From assembly GCF_009914755.1 (NCBI RefSeq), contig NC_060925.1: a stretch of 64,000 nucleotides of DNA; one strand, written 5' to 3'. This DNA is from the human T2T-CHM13v2.0 reference genome, Homo sapiens. Positions 27,293 through 44,030 of the stretch are shown piece by piece. The position numbers and the translations under genes are program-made. The notes beneath the pieces are model-generated. The model was not told the origin of the DNA and searched no databases. It saw only the letters and a program-made list of their open reading frames with translations. How positions within the stretch are numbered: position 1 is the stretch's first letter; each line of letters starts with the position of its first letter.

Positions 27293-27308
27293 TATATACA
27301 TGTATAAA

Positions 27309-27318
<10 letters not shown>

Positions 27319-27347
<29 letters not shown>
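27319..27347. repeat. (TA)n microsatellite
   Basis: Seen directly. Confidence 0.97.
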
Positions 27348-27351
<4 letters not shown>

Positions 27352-27364
27352 GAAAAAGATGCAA

Positions 27365-27715
27365 ATCACATATATCACATATAGCCTGGTCGTTTATTGT
27401 AGGGACTTTTCCATTTGCTCTGGAAAAGCAGTGAACCAATGTGACAGTTTGGTAAAGAGAGGTTTCATGAACTTATTTATGTTTTAATTGTATTTTTCTG
27501 GCTGCTGAATGGAAAATAGACATTACGGGGACAAGTGCAGGTGTATCAATAATCCAGGTGAAAGATGATGTTGGCTCAGTGTAGAAAAAGTGGGTAGTAG
27601 GAAAATGGTAAGACATGGTCAGAAATTGAAGGTAGAAGCAAGAAAATGTACTAGCTGATTGGAAATAAAGTATGAGAGCAAGAGATAAATGAAAGACGAC
27701 TGGAAAGATTTGGAA
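27365..27715 (-). mobile_element. L2a continuation
   Basis: tctggctgctgaatggaaaatagac...caataatccaggtgaaagatgatgttggct. Confidence 0.75.
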
Positions 27716-30700
27716 GAGACTCATCATATGGCATTCAGTTTTATCTTACTGTGCTCCCATGCCAAGTCACCCTCCTCTATACAAGCTAGAGTCTTGTACT
27801 CATCTCTAATACCAACCATAAGTATCTTCTTTTAACACGGACTGTACAAAGTTTTATTTACACTATCTCATTTATTATTATACTGATACTGAAGGGAATA
27901 CAATATTTTTACAATACAATATAGATATAATATGACATTTTATACATGAGCTCATACTCATCAAATCAAAATGCCATAAATTGCTTATGCATTTGTCATT
28001 CCCAAAGTGATGTAACACATTTGAGGACAAGGACAATGATGTACTAATTTCTGTATGCCTAGCACCTGGAGAAATCTTTACTCAAAATTGCTGCCCATTA
28101 CTGTGCTTTGAATGAAGGGAAGAAATGAATCATTGTTAAAGTTTTCTATAACAGTACAATTGGAAGGAGGGCAAAATTCCTTACTGCATCATCAAGTATT
28201 TGTCCTTATGTGATCTACGAATCTGCTTAAATTTCTTTCCATTAGCATTTTATGTTTATAATGCAATATAAAATGTAAATATAAACTCCAGATTATCAAA
28301 CTATAGAATTCTTGGTCCTGTATCTTTTTGCCATTTTTTAATCAACTTATAGATACCAAGGATTTCCAATGTTTTATTTACCCATCTTCCCTCATCAATT
28401 GAATTGCTCTTTCAGCAGCTATGCAAGATTCATATACTAAAGATGACTGATGTAATATTTACAAAGGTCTTTAGAATTATCGAGTTCCTCAGAAGAATTT
28501 ATGTATGGCAAAGAGTTTAAAATGTCAGGAGTTCATACATGAAGCCATTGTGAGCTCCCTTGAGCTCTCCATAACGCTAACAAAGATAGGAACTCTGTCC
28601 TCTATGCTACCAGATGATCTCCTGCCTAGTGGTATTATTGAATTTATAATATTGCATTGTAAATGATTGCTTGCATGCTATATTTCCCCACTTCTGGAAG
28701 AGATTTTAACTCTTTGTCATTGTATCTCAATACTAACATCATTCTTAGTATAACATACGTACTTAGACAATGTTGAATACGTGCAAAAGATTGCTATGCA
28801 AATCATTTAAGCACTCAACTTCATTTTTGATGGTGCTAAATGATGCTATTCTAGCACAGTTGCTAAAGGTCTGCTTTGTTCAATTGTCTCTTGCGCTGCA
28901 AATTCCTAGTCTTAAACCATAACTTTTGATCTTGCCAATTCAAATCAATTCAGCAAACATACTAACCATCACTTATTTCAGAAAATGCAATGATGAAAAA
29001 GATGACCTTAAATAGCTTGCAATCTAAGAGCAGAAATAAACACAAATAGTATTGTAATGCATTCAGAATGTGAGAAGTGTTATACGATGTTTATTGCAAA
29101 ATATCATATCAACGTAAAAGATAAAAATTATTTCTTCTCAAAAGCTAGTTGACGGAATTATGTAAGAGAAGAGAAAAGGAAATATTTCAAATATATAAAC
29201 AGTATTTGATCAAAAAATTATCATAGAGGTCTAGTTCAGATGAAGTACAGAAATATAAGTGGCTTCAAGAAAAAATGTGTGTGCATGAGTGCGTGTGTGT
29301 GTGTGAATGTTAAAATCAGTAAAACAGGCCATGGGCAACCTTGTGTATATTACAGACATTGACAATCAAAGTGACAATAGTGGTAGTAGTAGTAGTGAGG
29401 ACATAAGGTAGCATAAACAAGTTTGAAATATCATGGAAATTAAACACAAAGACATAATGTCAGCACATAGCCTGTTGCTTTGCAAGTAAATGTAGTAATC
29501 ATGGAAGAATAGAGAGAAAAGATAAGAAGTCTTAGGATAGAACTTTGTATAAGATACATTTAGGGGACAAAATACTATTTATATTTTGGAAATTTATGTT
29601 TATAACTATTGGTACATTTTACACTTTAAAATTTAATGTTTAATAAATAACACTATGGTTCAAAATAGTTAATTTGTATTTGTTAGGCTCTTTTAGGCTT
29701 TTTCCAATTTCTTCTCTACTCTATTTCTCTTTTCCAAGTGGAATTGTGAGTACTGAGCTTTTTAGAAGCCTATAGTTGTTAATTACTATACTAGCTTCTT
29801 TTGCAGTTTATAATTATCTTGCACCTGTCAATGAACTAAGTATAATTGACTCATCCCACACTTATTTATTTCATAGTATATGTACATATCTCCAGGTATT
29901 AATAAACTTTTAAAGTGATAGAATCAATGACTCTCATGAAAGCCATGGGAAATATATTACCCATAGTAACTCCATACTTTGTGAGCCTCCTGCACCTTAT
30001 ATCAAAACACTCATAAAACTGTGTCATCTTCTTCTTTCACTTTATTGCCACTTTGTGCTCAAGCCATTTAAAAGGGAACTTAAGATATTTCCTGAAAGTA
30101 AAGATATGATATTATTACTTATTTTTTAATATAACTTTTTGGTAATGTGTCCTGTAAGTTCCACTGCAATCGCTTCATAATAGCATTTATCTTTATGTAC
30201 AGATCAATCATCAAGCTAAAAGAAACTTGGCAAATAATATAGTTTATTTCTCTGCCTATAAGCAAATTTCTACTTAAACCATTTATGTAGTAAAGTGTTA
30301 AGAACCTAAGGGTTATTTACTTCTCTAGTAACATATTTTTATGTCTACTATGTGTTCTTACCCAAAGTCCTTCATTGGATTTAACTTTCCACAAATTTCA
30401 ATGACTTTCATAGTTACTAGTAAAAGAAAAAAAGGAATCATCATCCTCATCCTCTACAATAAAACCCCCATATCTCTGAGCAGCAGCAGTAAGAATTCAT
30501 CGAGCATTTCTTTTCCTACTTAAGTATCTATTTATTTTTTCTTTTATTATATACTTTTAAATTATAGTTTTCTAAAGTATAATCCAAAGAAAAATGGTTT
30601 TATGAGTAATGTGCCTAATTAAACAGACTGTAACTAATGACTTACCTGGAAGATTTCTCAAGATATTTGATTTGAACAAGTGGACAGTAGGATAGTTTGT

Positions 30701-31115
30701 CAGTTAAAAACCAGACATTCTTTATTTTACTACATAATTGCAAATATTTACATATGATTTTTTTGCTTTTTCTTTAAAACACCAATTCTCTCTATAGCTT
30801 GTGTCTGTCACCTCCCCACCCTAAGGGCAGTTTTTATATATTTTTTAGATATAAAAAGACTTTTTATTCAATAATAGACCACTATTGGACATGTTGTGTT
30901 GCAACCTTAACTGTTAATTTATATTTTTAATAATTATTACTAAGCTCCATCTCTGATACTGTCATCATTATTTCCTTAAAATTCTATTTCCTTCAAGCAT
31001 TTTTCGAAAGCTTGTAGAGTCAAAGCTACTAGAAGTTGGTTCACTAAGCTGGTTTGAGCTGTGGACTTATAATTCCAAATGAAAATCGGAAGTGAAACTG
31101 TACATATTTTTATAT

Positions 31116-31160
31116 ATTACTTTGGATAGAAAAACCACAGTTACTTTTGCACCAACCTAA
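31116..31160. mobile_element. MADE1 (Hsmar1 MITE), right half only
   Basis: aaaaaccacagttacttttgcaccaacctaa followed by TA matches the MADE1 terminal inverted repeat. Confidence 0.85.
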
Positions 31161-32012
31161 TATGTTATAATTACAATAATTAAATTATACATGATATACT
31201 ATCATCTGAAAATACGCAACTTTTTAGTTTGTTAGGTAAGAAATTATCTATACTGATTAAATTTTAATGGTGCATATAATTAAAATTAAACTCATTAGAT
31301 TCTGTCTTTATTCTAATGTAAAATATAATTTTAAAAACTTCTAGAGAAAATAAAAATGAAATAATTACTTCTAAATTCAGTCCTTTGATGGTTCATTTTA
31401 TTTTCTGACCATCTCAACTCCTCCCTTTTCTGACATCCTCTAAGAAAAAAGCACGATGTGAAACTTGTCATTTTCCCATCACCCACTGTGATAAACACGT
31501 TTTATTCATTTGCACCTCAATTCTTCTGTGAAGCTGCTTAGGAAGATACGATGAGAAAAACAAGATATAATGTACTGTTGAAAATAACATTTTATTTGCT
31601 CTTGCAAAAATAGAATGTCATTTTCAAAAAAAACAATTCAATTGATTAACTTTAATTAAAAATAGTATGTTCTTTTGTGATAGTTATAAGATTATCTTAT
31701 TTGAACATTGGGGGCATGAAGCTACAAAAATAACATTATTAAGAACTACCAAAAGATGGTTTTTATTTCACTTAGTTTTCATAAAATCATTAGATCAAAA
31801 GCGGACAAAATATTAGAAGGTCCATATTTGATATTTTTAAGCAAAAATCTTAAAAGTCAAAGTGAATATTATGCAATTTTTTTTGAAAAAAAAAGATATA
31901 CTTTTCTAACCAGATCTTAAATAATGACAAAACTGATATAAAAAATAGGCTCTTAGATTTATTGATTATTGCCATTGCAAAGCAATGAAAATATTGTTAA
32001 ATCTAATGGGAC

Positions 32013-32310
32013 AGCCAGGCGCAGTGGCTCATGCCTACAACCCTAGCACTTTCAGAGGTTGAGGCAGGTTGATCACTTGAGCCCAGTTGTTGGAGAGCAG
32101 CCTGGGCAACATGACAAAACTCTGTCTCTACAAAAAATACAAAACATTAGACGGGCGTGGTGGCTTGTGCCTATATTCCCAGTTACTTGGGAGGATGAGG
32201 TGAGAGGATCACCTGAACCTAGGAAGGTTGAGGTTGCAGTGAGCAATGATTGCACCAGTCCACTCCAGCAAGGGTGACAGAGAGATACTCTCACTCAAAA
32301 AAAGAAAAAA
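32013..32310 (+). mobile_element. AluJ, full length
   Basis: gatcacttgagccca...cctgggcaacat...gaggatcacctga. Degenerate TSD aaatcta(a/t)tggg. Confidence 0.93.
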
Positions 32311-32409
32311 AATCTATTGGGGAATGGGTGAAAAATGTTTAGTAATTAAATGTACTGAACACTGGACCACATGATTTATGTAACTTAGTTTTCATAAAGA
32401 ATATATAAT

Positions 32410-32545
32410 AGATATTATAACCCATTTTATGCATACAGAAAAAGAGAGGTTTAAAATATTTCCCCAGGGCACACATCTAATAAGCAGAGACCCTGATATT
32501 TGAAACTGTGTATATTTTACTATGGAACCATCTAATTTCCACCAC
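32410..32545 (-). mobile_element. MIR fragment
   Basis: attataacccattttatgcat...gagaggttta...tccccagggcacacatctaataagc. Confidence 0.6.
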
Positions 32546-33069
32546 AGAGCAAATCTTAAATTAAGAGACACCCCAATATCAATTACTTACATTATATCAA
32601 ACATGTAAGTACTTGGTATATTTTTGATTATTCAGTTAATTCATTTATAGTTTAAATTAACACTAATTCACTGAACACACATGACAGAATCAATTTTAGA
32701 TGCAGAGGACATATTCAGTGACAATATCTTAACGCTGGAGATGTAAGACACGACAAAGTTTATAGCAAGTCCGTGCTGGAGATATTGGCTATTAGAAAGT
32801 ACAGGATCTCACTGATTAAAACATGCCTATTTGCTGACTCACTGGCACAAACTAAACAAATAAAAACATAAGAGAAAAAGCCTTTTATTTGTGCCAGTTT
32901 GATATTTAACAAGTATTCTCAGATATTTGCTACTGTTTGTTACAGAAAGAAGAGTCTGATTCATTTTTGTAATCATAATCCAAGGGAATATTGATAAAGT
33001 GCAGATTCACACAAGCAAAGTGCCTGAGGAAAGAGCCAAGGAGCTAGCTGGAGGTAAGAGATCCTATGT

Positions 33070-33542
33070 TGTGGTCAAATAAATTATTGGTTCTAATTCC
33101 TCTCTTTTCAGGATAGTATACATTTCTGGTCTTGCTCTGTCTGCTTATTGGTCAGAGTCTCCGCTGCTGTCATTAGATTTTGGGCTTGGCCGTGTGAATT
33201 TCACTGGCCAGTGAACTGCATGGTAAAGGATGTGATCTCAGTGGAAACCGAAAATGGTGAGCTTGGGGTTTACCTCCTGTGTTCTGCCATAAGAAGATCA
33301 CTTCCCAGGTAGACAATGCATCAGTATGGGTTACATAGAGCATACCATATGTTCTAGGAAACTCTGTTCCAAAGAGAAAAGGAAACAGAAAGAGCAGACT
33401 CCAACCCAACCTGAAGCTTGAAGGTTGGAATCCAGCCTACTCCAGCCAAGTTGCAACTGTCACACAGAACACTAGACATGAAATTACTATTGTTTGAAAT
33501 CATTACGTTTTGGTATTACTGTGGCAGCAGCTAACTAACACA
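33070..33542 (+). mobile_element. MaLR solo LTR, MLT1I/J-like
   Basis: ttttgggcttggccgtgtgaatttcactggccagtgaa...gagcagactccaacccaacctg...gcagcagctaactaacaca. Confidence 0.7.
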
Positions 33543-33951
33543 ATTGTTAATGATGCTTGGGATGGCTATGCTTGAGCATATTTTTAGAAACCCACACAAT
33601 TGAGGTACAGGAAAACAGGGCTTCAAAGTGGCCATTTACTTTTTGGTACACAAAATAGTAAGACATTAAAAATATCCCAAAAGGAAGAATACTAAAAGAA
33701 TTAAATTCTGTGAGGTTTTACACGTGAAGATCAATAGATTTTCATTACATATTAGATGAATGTTGCCATATGCTAGAAATTATGCTAGTGCAAGTAAAGA
33801 GGACTTAGACCCAGTCCTCACAGGACTTATAATTTAAATTCAATTATTTCTAAGATTTCAAGGACTCCTGGTCATAGATCTTTCTGAAATCACTTTTCAG
33901 AGTTTTTCAATACTCCCACATAACTTATAAATATCTATAACTTTGCTATTG

Positions 33952-34264
33952 TGGATGAAGCTGGAAACCATAATTCTCAGCAAACTATCGCAAAGACAAA
34001 AGACCAAACACCGCATGTTCTCACTCATAGGTGGGAACTGAACAATGAGAACACTTGGACACAGGAAGGGGAACATCACACACCGGGGCCTGTTGTGGGG
34101 TGGGGGGATGGGGGAGGGATAGTATTAGGAGATATACCTAATGTAAATGACGAGTTAATGGGTGCGGCATACCAACATGGCACATGTATACATATGTAAC
34201 AAACCTGCACGTTGTGCAGATGTACCCTAGAACTTAAAGTATAATAAAGAAAAATAAAAAAAAA
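33952..34264 (+). mobile_element. L1PA4/5-like 3' end, ~310 bp, severely 5'-truncated
   Basis: tggatgaagctggaaacc...gggggagggatag...tgtaccctagaacttaaagtataata, followed by an A tail. Confidence 0.95.
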
Positions 34265-35539
34265 TCTTTGACTGTTCTACTCATAAAATAAATAAATAAA
34301 TATGTATAACTTCAGATAGTTTATAGTTAAAATCAGCAGAAAATCTAAAATTTTGAATTCACGGATAGGAAATATAGGGAAGGCAGATAATTTTTTCCAC
34401 ATATTGCCTCATTCTTCTCCTTCTTTATATTTTTTGGATTGGAAACTGGCAGTTCTCAAGCTAATTTTTAAATGTTTTCATTTCCTAGAAAACAACTTCC
34501 TGGAAAAGTACTGGGAATTATTGCTGTTTCTTTTCCTACCTGCCTCAAAGTTTTCACCTAGTTCCCTAGATTCACTATCAAATTAATCCTCATTTATCTA
34601 ATTTCTTCTTTGTCCAGAGATCATTTATTCTGTCTGCTCTCCATTAGTTCTTCCATTCCTAAGATTTTTCTCTCAAGTTGCCACCTCTTCTAATGGTGCA
34701 GGATTTTCCCTACCGTAAGACGATTTAGGCCAAGTATTAATCTTTAATTACATTTGGTAGTGGCAAAAAAAAATGCATAGTCCTGTAGAATCTATCAGTT
34801 GAAATTTTATTTCTAGTCAACTTTATCCATTTTGTTGCAATTATGCTCCCTTAAACCTGGATTACCTCCCACTTAAACTATTGCTTTAGCTTTCTAACAT
34901 GCATGCTCCTGTGGCTTTGAACCATCCTTTCTTTCCGTGCCGGATGAATCATCCTAAAATTGTGTAACTCTTTAAAAAGAGACATATTTTCAATGGCTCT
35001 CGATAGTCTATTGAGGCAAGTATATAGACCATGCTTTGGCATTCAGGACCATTCATAATGTTGGTGAACCTGAGTATGAATTATCTCAGTTTAATTTGTA
35101 TTTATCTTCATGACTGCAATACACTTTGTGATACTTGGTTTTGGAAGCCTACTATTACACTAGTCGCCCAGTCTTTCCATATCTTACATTCTTCCCAATT
35201 TTGCAACGTATTTTAAACATTATGAATTTTCTACACAGCCTCTGCTGTTTGCTCTAATAGTGCAGAGTGTTAATCCAGCAGAGTATGGTATATGGCGCCT
35301 TGTGACTGAACCACAATACCATTCATGGTATACAGGCAGATATTTCTCAGGTAATTAACATATGTCTTTAAAGGGCAAAGATGTTGCCTTATTAATTTAA
35401 AAAATATACTGAGCCCTCTATATTTGTTACAATTGTGTCTTATATTGTTATAGTTCATTGACTTGTTATTTAATTGAAATAAATTTAAAATATCACAGTA
35501 ATTGTAACTCTAGGTAGAAGACTCTAGCTAGAATTAAAA

Positions 35540-35724
35540 AATAATGATAAAATAACTAATATTTGAGGGCTTACTGTGTGCCTGGCACTGTTCTAAATTG
35601 TAACAACCCTAACAGTTTGTTAATATCATTTAATCACTTTTGACAGATGAGGATTCTGAGGCCCAGCAAGGTACATCTACCGGCCCAGGACTATGGTAAA
35701 GTGGTGATAGAAATGGAAGCTATC
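35540..35724 (-). mobile_element. MIR, interrupted by an AluY
   Basis: gcttactgtgtgcctggcactgttctaa...ttgacagatgaggattctgaggcccag. Confidence 0.8.
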
Positions 35725-36021
<297 letters not shown>

Positions 36022-36206
36022 CTATCTGGACCTACAGCCCATGATCTTCCTATTTCTCAGAACATATGCCATGTTGAGTGACCCAAAGGAATTCATAAAC
36101 TGATAAGGAAAGGTGTCTGGTTGCCTAGTTGTTGTCTATCAATTTAAAGTGACTAGGCATTGTGAATCAATGTAATGAGGCTAAGAAAATATGTATAGAT
36201 TTGCAA

Positions 36207-39623
<3,417 letters not shown>

Positions 39624-40002
39624 ACAATGGGAACACATGGACACAGGAGGGGGAACATCACACTCTGGGGACTGTTGTGGGGTGGGGGGAGGGGGGAGGG
39701 ATAGCATTGGGAGATATACCTAATGCTAGATGATGAGTTAGTGGATGCAGCGCACCAGCATGTCACATGTATACATATGTAACTAACCTGCACATTGTGC
39801 ACATGTACCCTAAAACTTAAAATATAATAATAAAAAAAAAGAAAGAAAATATGTATAGATTTGGAAAAATTCTTCAGTTATTTTACCTGGCATAAAGATT
39901 TTGCAAAAGTCACAAAGTAAACATATATTTATTTGCATCTCATACAACTAATAAGAATTTATTTTATTATATATAGCATAGTGAAATTATCCTATTTTAG
40001 AG

Positions 40003-40159
40003 CATAGGTCAGCAAACTACAGTCCATGGACTTAAGTTCCTTTTCAATAAGTTGCAAAATATTAATAAAGAAGAATATGTAATACAGATTATATGTGATG
40101 TAAAAAAAACCTAAAAATAGTATTCGGCCTTCTAGAAAAAAAATGTTTGTTAATTCCTG
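40003..40159 (+). mobile_element. MER58-like hAT-Charlie MITE (internally shortened)
   Basis: cataggtcagcaaactacagtcc...ggccttctagaaaaaaaatgtttgttaattcctg. The 8-bp flanks ttttagag and ctttagat fit the hAT NTCTAGAN target preference. Confidence 0.7.
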
Positions 40160-43100
40160 CTTTAGATTTAGTTCTAGGTAAAAAATGCTGTCACATATGT
40201 TAACTGCAATTTGATGAGCTTTGGTTTCCTAATCTTTGATATAACAATAACAATATCATAGTTAACTCACTGTGAAAATTTAAAATGTATGTGAAGTACA
40301 GGAAAATATAATGAGCTATCAGTAGAATGAGAGACAGTATAAAGAAGTGATTAACAGTCTATTCTAGGAATATTCTAATCAAGCCATGCCACTTGTTAGC
40401 TAAAACTCAGTGGAGAAGAGTAATATGAAACACTCTCATGGTTGTTGGAGGATTAAAGCAACAACCTACTATATACACAAAATGTCAGCTTTCAAAAATT
40501 ACCATTCTTGCTATTCTCATCATCACTCTAAATTTAAGACACTTAGGTCATGATGAGAATAATTATGAAACAGTTTGTATAGTAGGTACTCCATTTATAT
40601 ACATTTATTTACAAAAAAAGCTTGCACTTTGGAGACAATTAAAATAATTACAAAAGACAGCCCCAGGCTTCAAAGAATTGACATTCTAAGTTGTGAGAAT
40701 ATATATATGATCATATATATATATGAACAAGTTATCAATATAAAATATCTCATCCTTTCATGTAATATTTATTACTTTTTAAAAATACTTCCTAAAGTAT
40801 TATAATTCGGATAATTCTGCAAATGAGTTTTCCTGGGACAGTACTGCTTTATATACCCATTCCCATGAATAGTGTTCTGTTCATTTTCAGCCTTGTCATC
40901 CCAATTTGGATAATAATCTATGTGGTCCCCAAGTTATAATGCAGAGTAGAGATGTGCCAAGTCAAGTAGAAAAAAAACAAGTTAACTATGACCAATGGTC
41001 ACCAAAAACTATTAATTTTATATATTTTATAGTTTGGATTACTTATAATTCATTGAAAGGAACAGTCGTGGGATATAATGATAAGCTAATATGTGAAGCT
41101 CATTGAAGGAAAAAGCAGTTGCCCAGAGGAACTAGATAAAGCACAGTACTTTTGACACATATGAGATCAGACTCAAAAATGTCTTACCAACATATCCTTG
41201 CGGTGACTGATGCTACCATATTAGCAACTGGGCAAGGATTCTTCAAACTGAGAGAAGGAAATGCCAACTAGGATTATTTCATCTTTCTCCCATTAGTGTT
41301 TAAACTTAGAACCCTACTTTCATCCAGAAGTTGGTCTACCCTGTCTTACTCTGGTTCTTTACTGTCAGCAATGACAGAATGCAGGCAGTTCCAAATGCAA
41401 CATGGTAAAACATATCAGATATTATGCACCAGAAATGTATAGAAATCATCATCAGCAAATGCCTCAAGGATCACAGTTCAATTAGAAACTAAAGGAGTGT
41501 GACTATCAAAAGAAGTGTTCCCATAGAAAGAATGGCTCTCTGAATTGTACACATGTGTATATATTTTGCACTAGCAACATAAATTTGCCTTTTACATCTC
41601 AATTGACTTTTTAAAAATAAATGGATAAATATATTTTCTGTATTTGTACACACCCATTTTAAAACCAATTTACATAAGATATTATGTTCAATGATTCATA
41701 AAATGCTGATACATACCATTTGTTTATGCATTTATAGTGATATTGATTGTATTGCTTTGCATTTATCAATTATTGATAATTCATTCTTATATTTATGAAA
41801 ATTTTATATTCAATTGTAAAGTCAACTATTAAAACAGCTTCATTCAAAATATTGTTTTGTTAGTGAGTATTTAGGAAGAAATATATTGCATGGCCTTTAT
41901 TTCCTAGTACCTTAATTAAATAGATACGTTTCAATTAAGGTAATGCGACACTTAATTACTGCACGTGTCATAAAAGCTATGTAGAAAATAACAAGTAGAT
42001 TTCTTAGTTTAAATGCCATTCCTTATTTTATAAACCATATATGACCTTTTATGTTTTCTCCTTTCTGATAACCATGGAAATATGTTAAAACAAAACAGAA
42101 ATAGAATCCTGACAAAAAAAAAACAATTATCCAATGGAAGAATATGCCAATTGCTCACCTTCTGAATTTAATTTTGTGAACACTCGGTATTATACTGCTC
42201 TCAGTGTGACTTTAGGTGCTTGTGAAGAGCCAATAAAAATGTTATATTGTAAGCCATTGAGACTGAAACTCTAATCTGATTATACTGTCTACAGATCTTT
42301 AAAAGTTAGTATGAAAGACATCCAAATCTAATAAAATGTAATCTAAGCAGGAATTATTGAGTTTCCCAAATCCATTAAGAAACTAATGGTCATGGATTGT
42401 GAACTAAGGCAAATTTAGTAATCTAATGTTGCTTTTAAAATGAGCTAGTTTAGTGCTATCTTCAAAGATATCTCTTTAGATGTTAACTAAAAAAGCTACA
42501 ATAGTAAGCATCATTACATTGAAAGAGTACTACAAGATTACTAAATCTTGGATCTTTGATTTAAAAAGAGACAATTGTAAACATACAGAGGCTGTCCTCA
42601 ATGACACACACAAGACTAACTACAGTGGAACAGACTGCGTATTTGGTGTGAACCCACAAAGGAGGGTAAGACAAAAACAAAGAATGTCAAATTTCCATAA
42701 ATACCCATAAAGTATATTATTAAATTGAACACTATTGGGCAGCATCTTAAATCGTGACAATGCTGAAGTCTCATTTTTGCATCTTTGTCATGAGGAAGTG
42801 GTAGTGAAGATGAAAGTTTTTTTGTGGATATCTAACCAACAACATGTATTGATTACAGTTGTAGGCTGAAAAGCAAGAAGTTAAGCCTAATTATTCAAAT
42901 TACTGTAAGAGGATGGCAGTATAACTCAATAGGGAGAAGAAAAGTCGCAGTATGAAGCAGCTGGTGCTCATTTTTTTTAACTAATGGTATGATTGTCAGA
43001 GTGTGAAATAACTGAAAACAATGAAAACAGCTTGAAAAGTGTGCATGTTTGTATGTTCAAGTGTAACATATGGAAACAGCAAAAAGTAATTATAAGAGAT

Positions 43101-43459
43101 TCTGGTATTAGTGGGAATTGTTGTTGTAAGGTTTGCTTTCATAGCAAGTTAACTATGTAGTGTTTTAAAAACTGATGAAAGCATGCTATTTTCCTTCAAC
43201 TACACATCAAATTTGATGCTAGGTAGAACACAGTTGTCTGACATAAAAATCAGTCATATAGATCATGGGTACATAGTTATGTCTATTATGCATATGTTAC
43301 ATAGGAGCAGGATTGCTCCCTGCCCCCAACTCCTCCCTGACTTTACAGTGTGAAATATACACATCAGAATTTGCTTATTGGTTTCCCATGGGATATATTA
43401 GGTTAACAAGAGTTGGGTTAGGCAGGGATATATGGAAATGTAAGAATAAGCTTTGAGAT

Positions 43460-44003
43460 TGTTAAATAATAATGTCTTGTAATCCTAAATGTCTCCAAAT
43501 GGAGTCACTTATGACAAGTGACTCAGCCTAGAGTGAAACTGATGACCCCTCAAAGTGATAACCATATGCATGGTGGACTGAGGTAATAATACCTGCAATG
43601 GTCAGGCATCCCCAAGACCTGATAAAAAGTGAAGTCAAAAGAGCAGCTGAGATAATGACCATGGACACTTGTGCAGGCCATGAAAACAGCAAAGAAACTG
43701 ACCATGGCCAAGACGTCTGCAGAAGCTCTGCCTGTGAGAATTCTGTGGCCTTTTCTTGATCAAGAAATTCGGACCTTCCCCATCTGTCAGCACGCTGGTC
43801 TCCCGAGCTACTCGCCATGGTTTGTTTCCCCTCTTTGTTATTACTGCTTGTGTGTATGTTGAATATATTTGCATGATTGATGGTTTAGGAAAGTCTCATA
43901 GTGAACAGTGAATTTGAAAGCATTTAATTGGCCACTGATTCCTTTTGAAACCTCCTGACCACCTTGTCAGAGTTAGCACAACTAGGCTGATTCGAACCTC
44001 ACA
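43460..44003 (+). mobile_element. Probable old ERV1 (MER4-group) solo LTR
   Basis: TG...CA bounded, ~545 bp, relatively GC-rich. ccaaatggagtcacttatg is typical of MER34/MER67-type LTR starts. Family unresolved. Confidence 0.45.
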
Positions 44004-44030
44004 TATTAGAAGTTCCCCTGCCTTCTTCTC

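Noticed and set aside
39667-39700. G-quadruplex motif (also ~34097-34118)
   Set aside because: This is the standard G-rich tract of the L1PA 3'UTR and is not specific to this locus.
43985-44003. ttcgaacc resembling a tRNA T-loop or B box
   Set aside because: No cloverleaf or A box. It lies at the end of a putative LTR.
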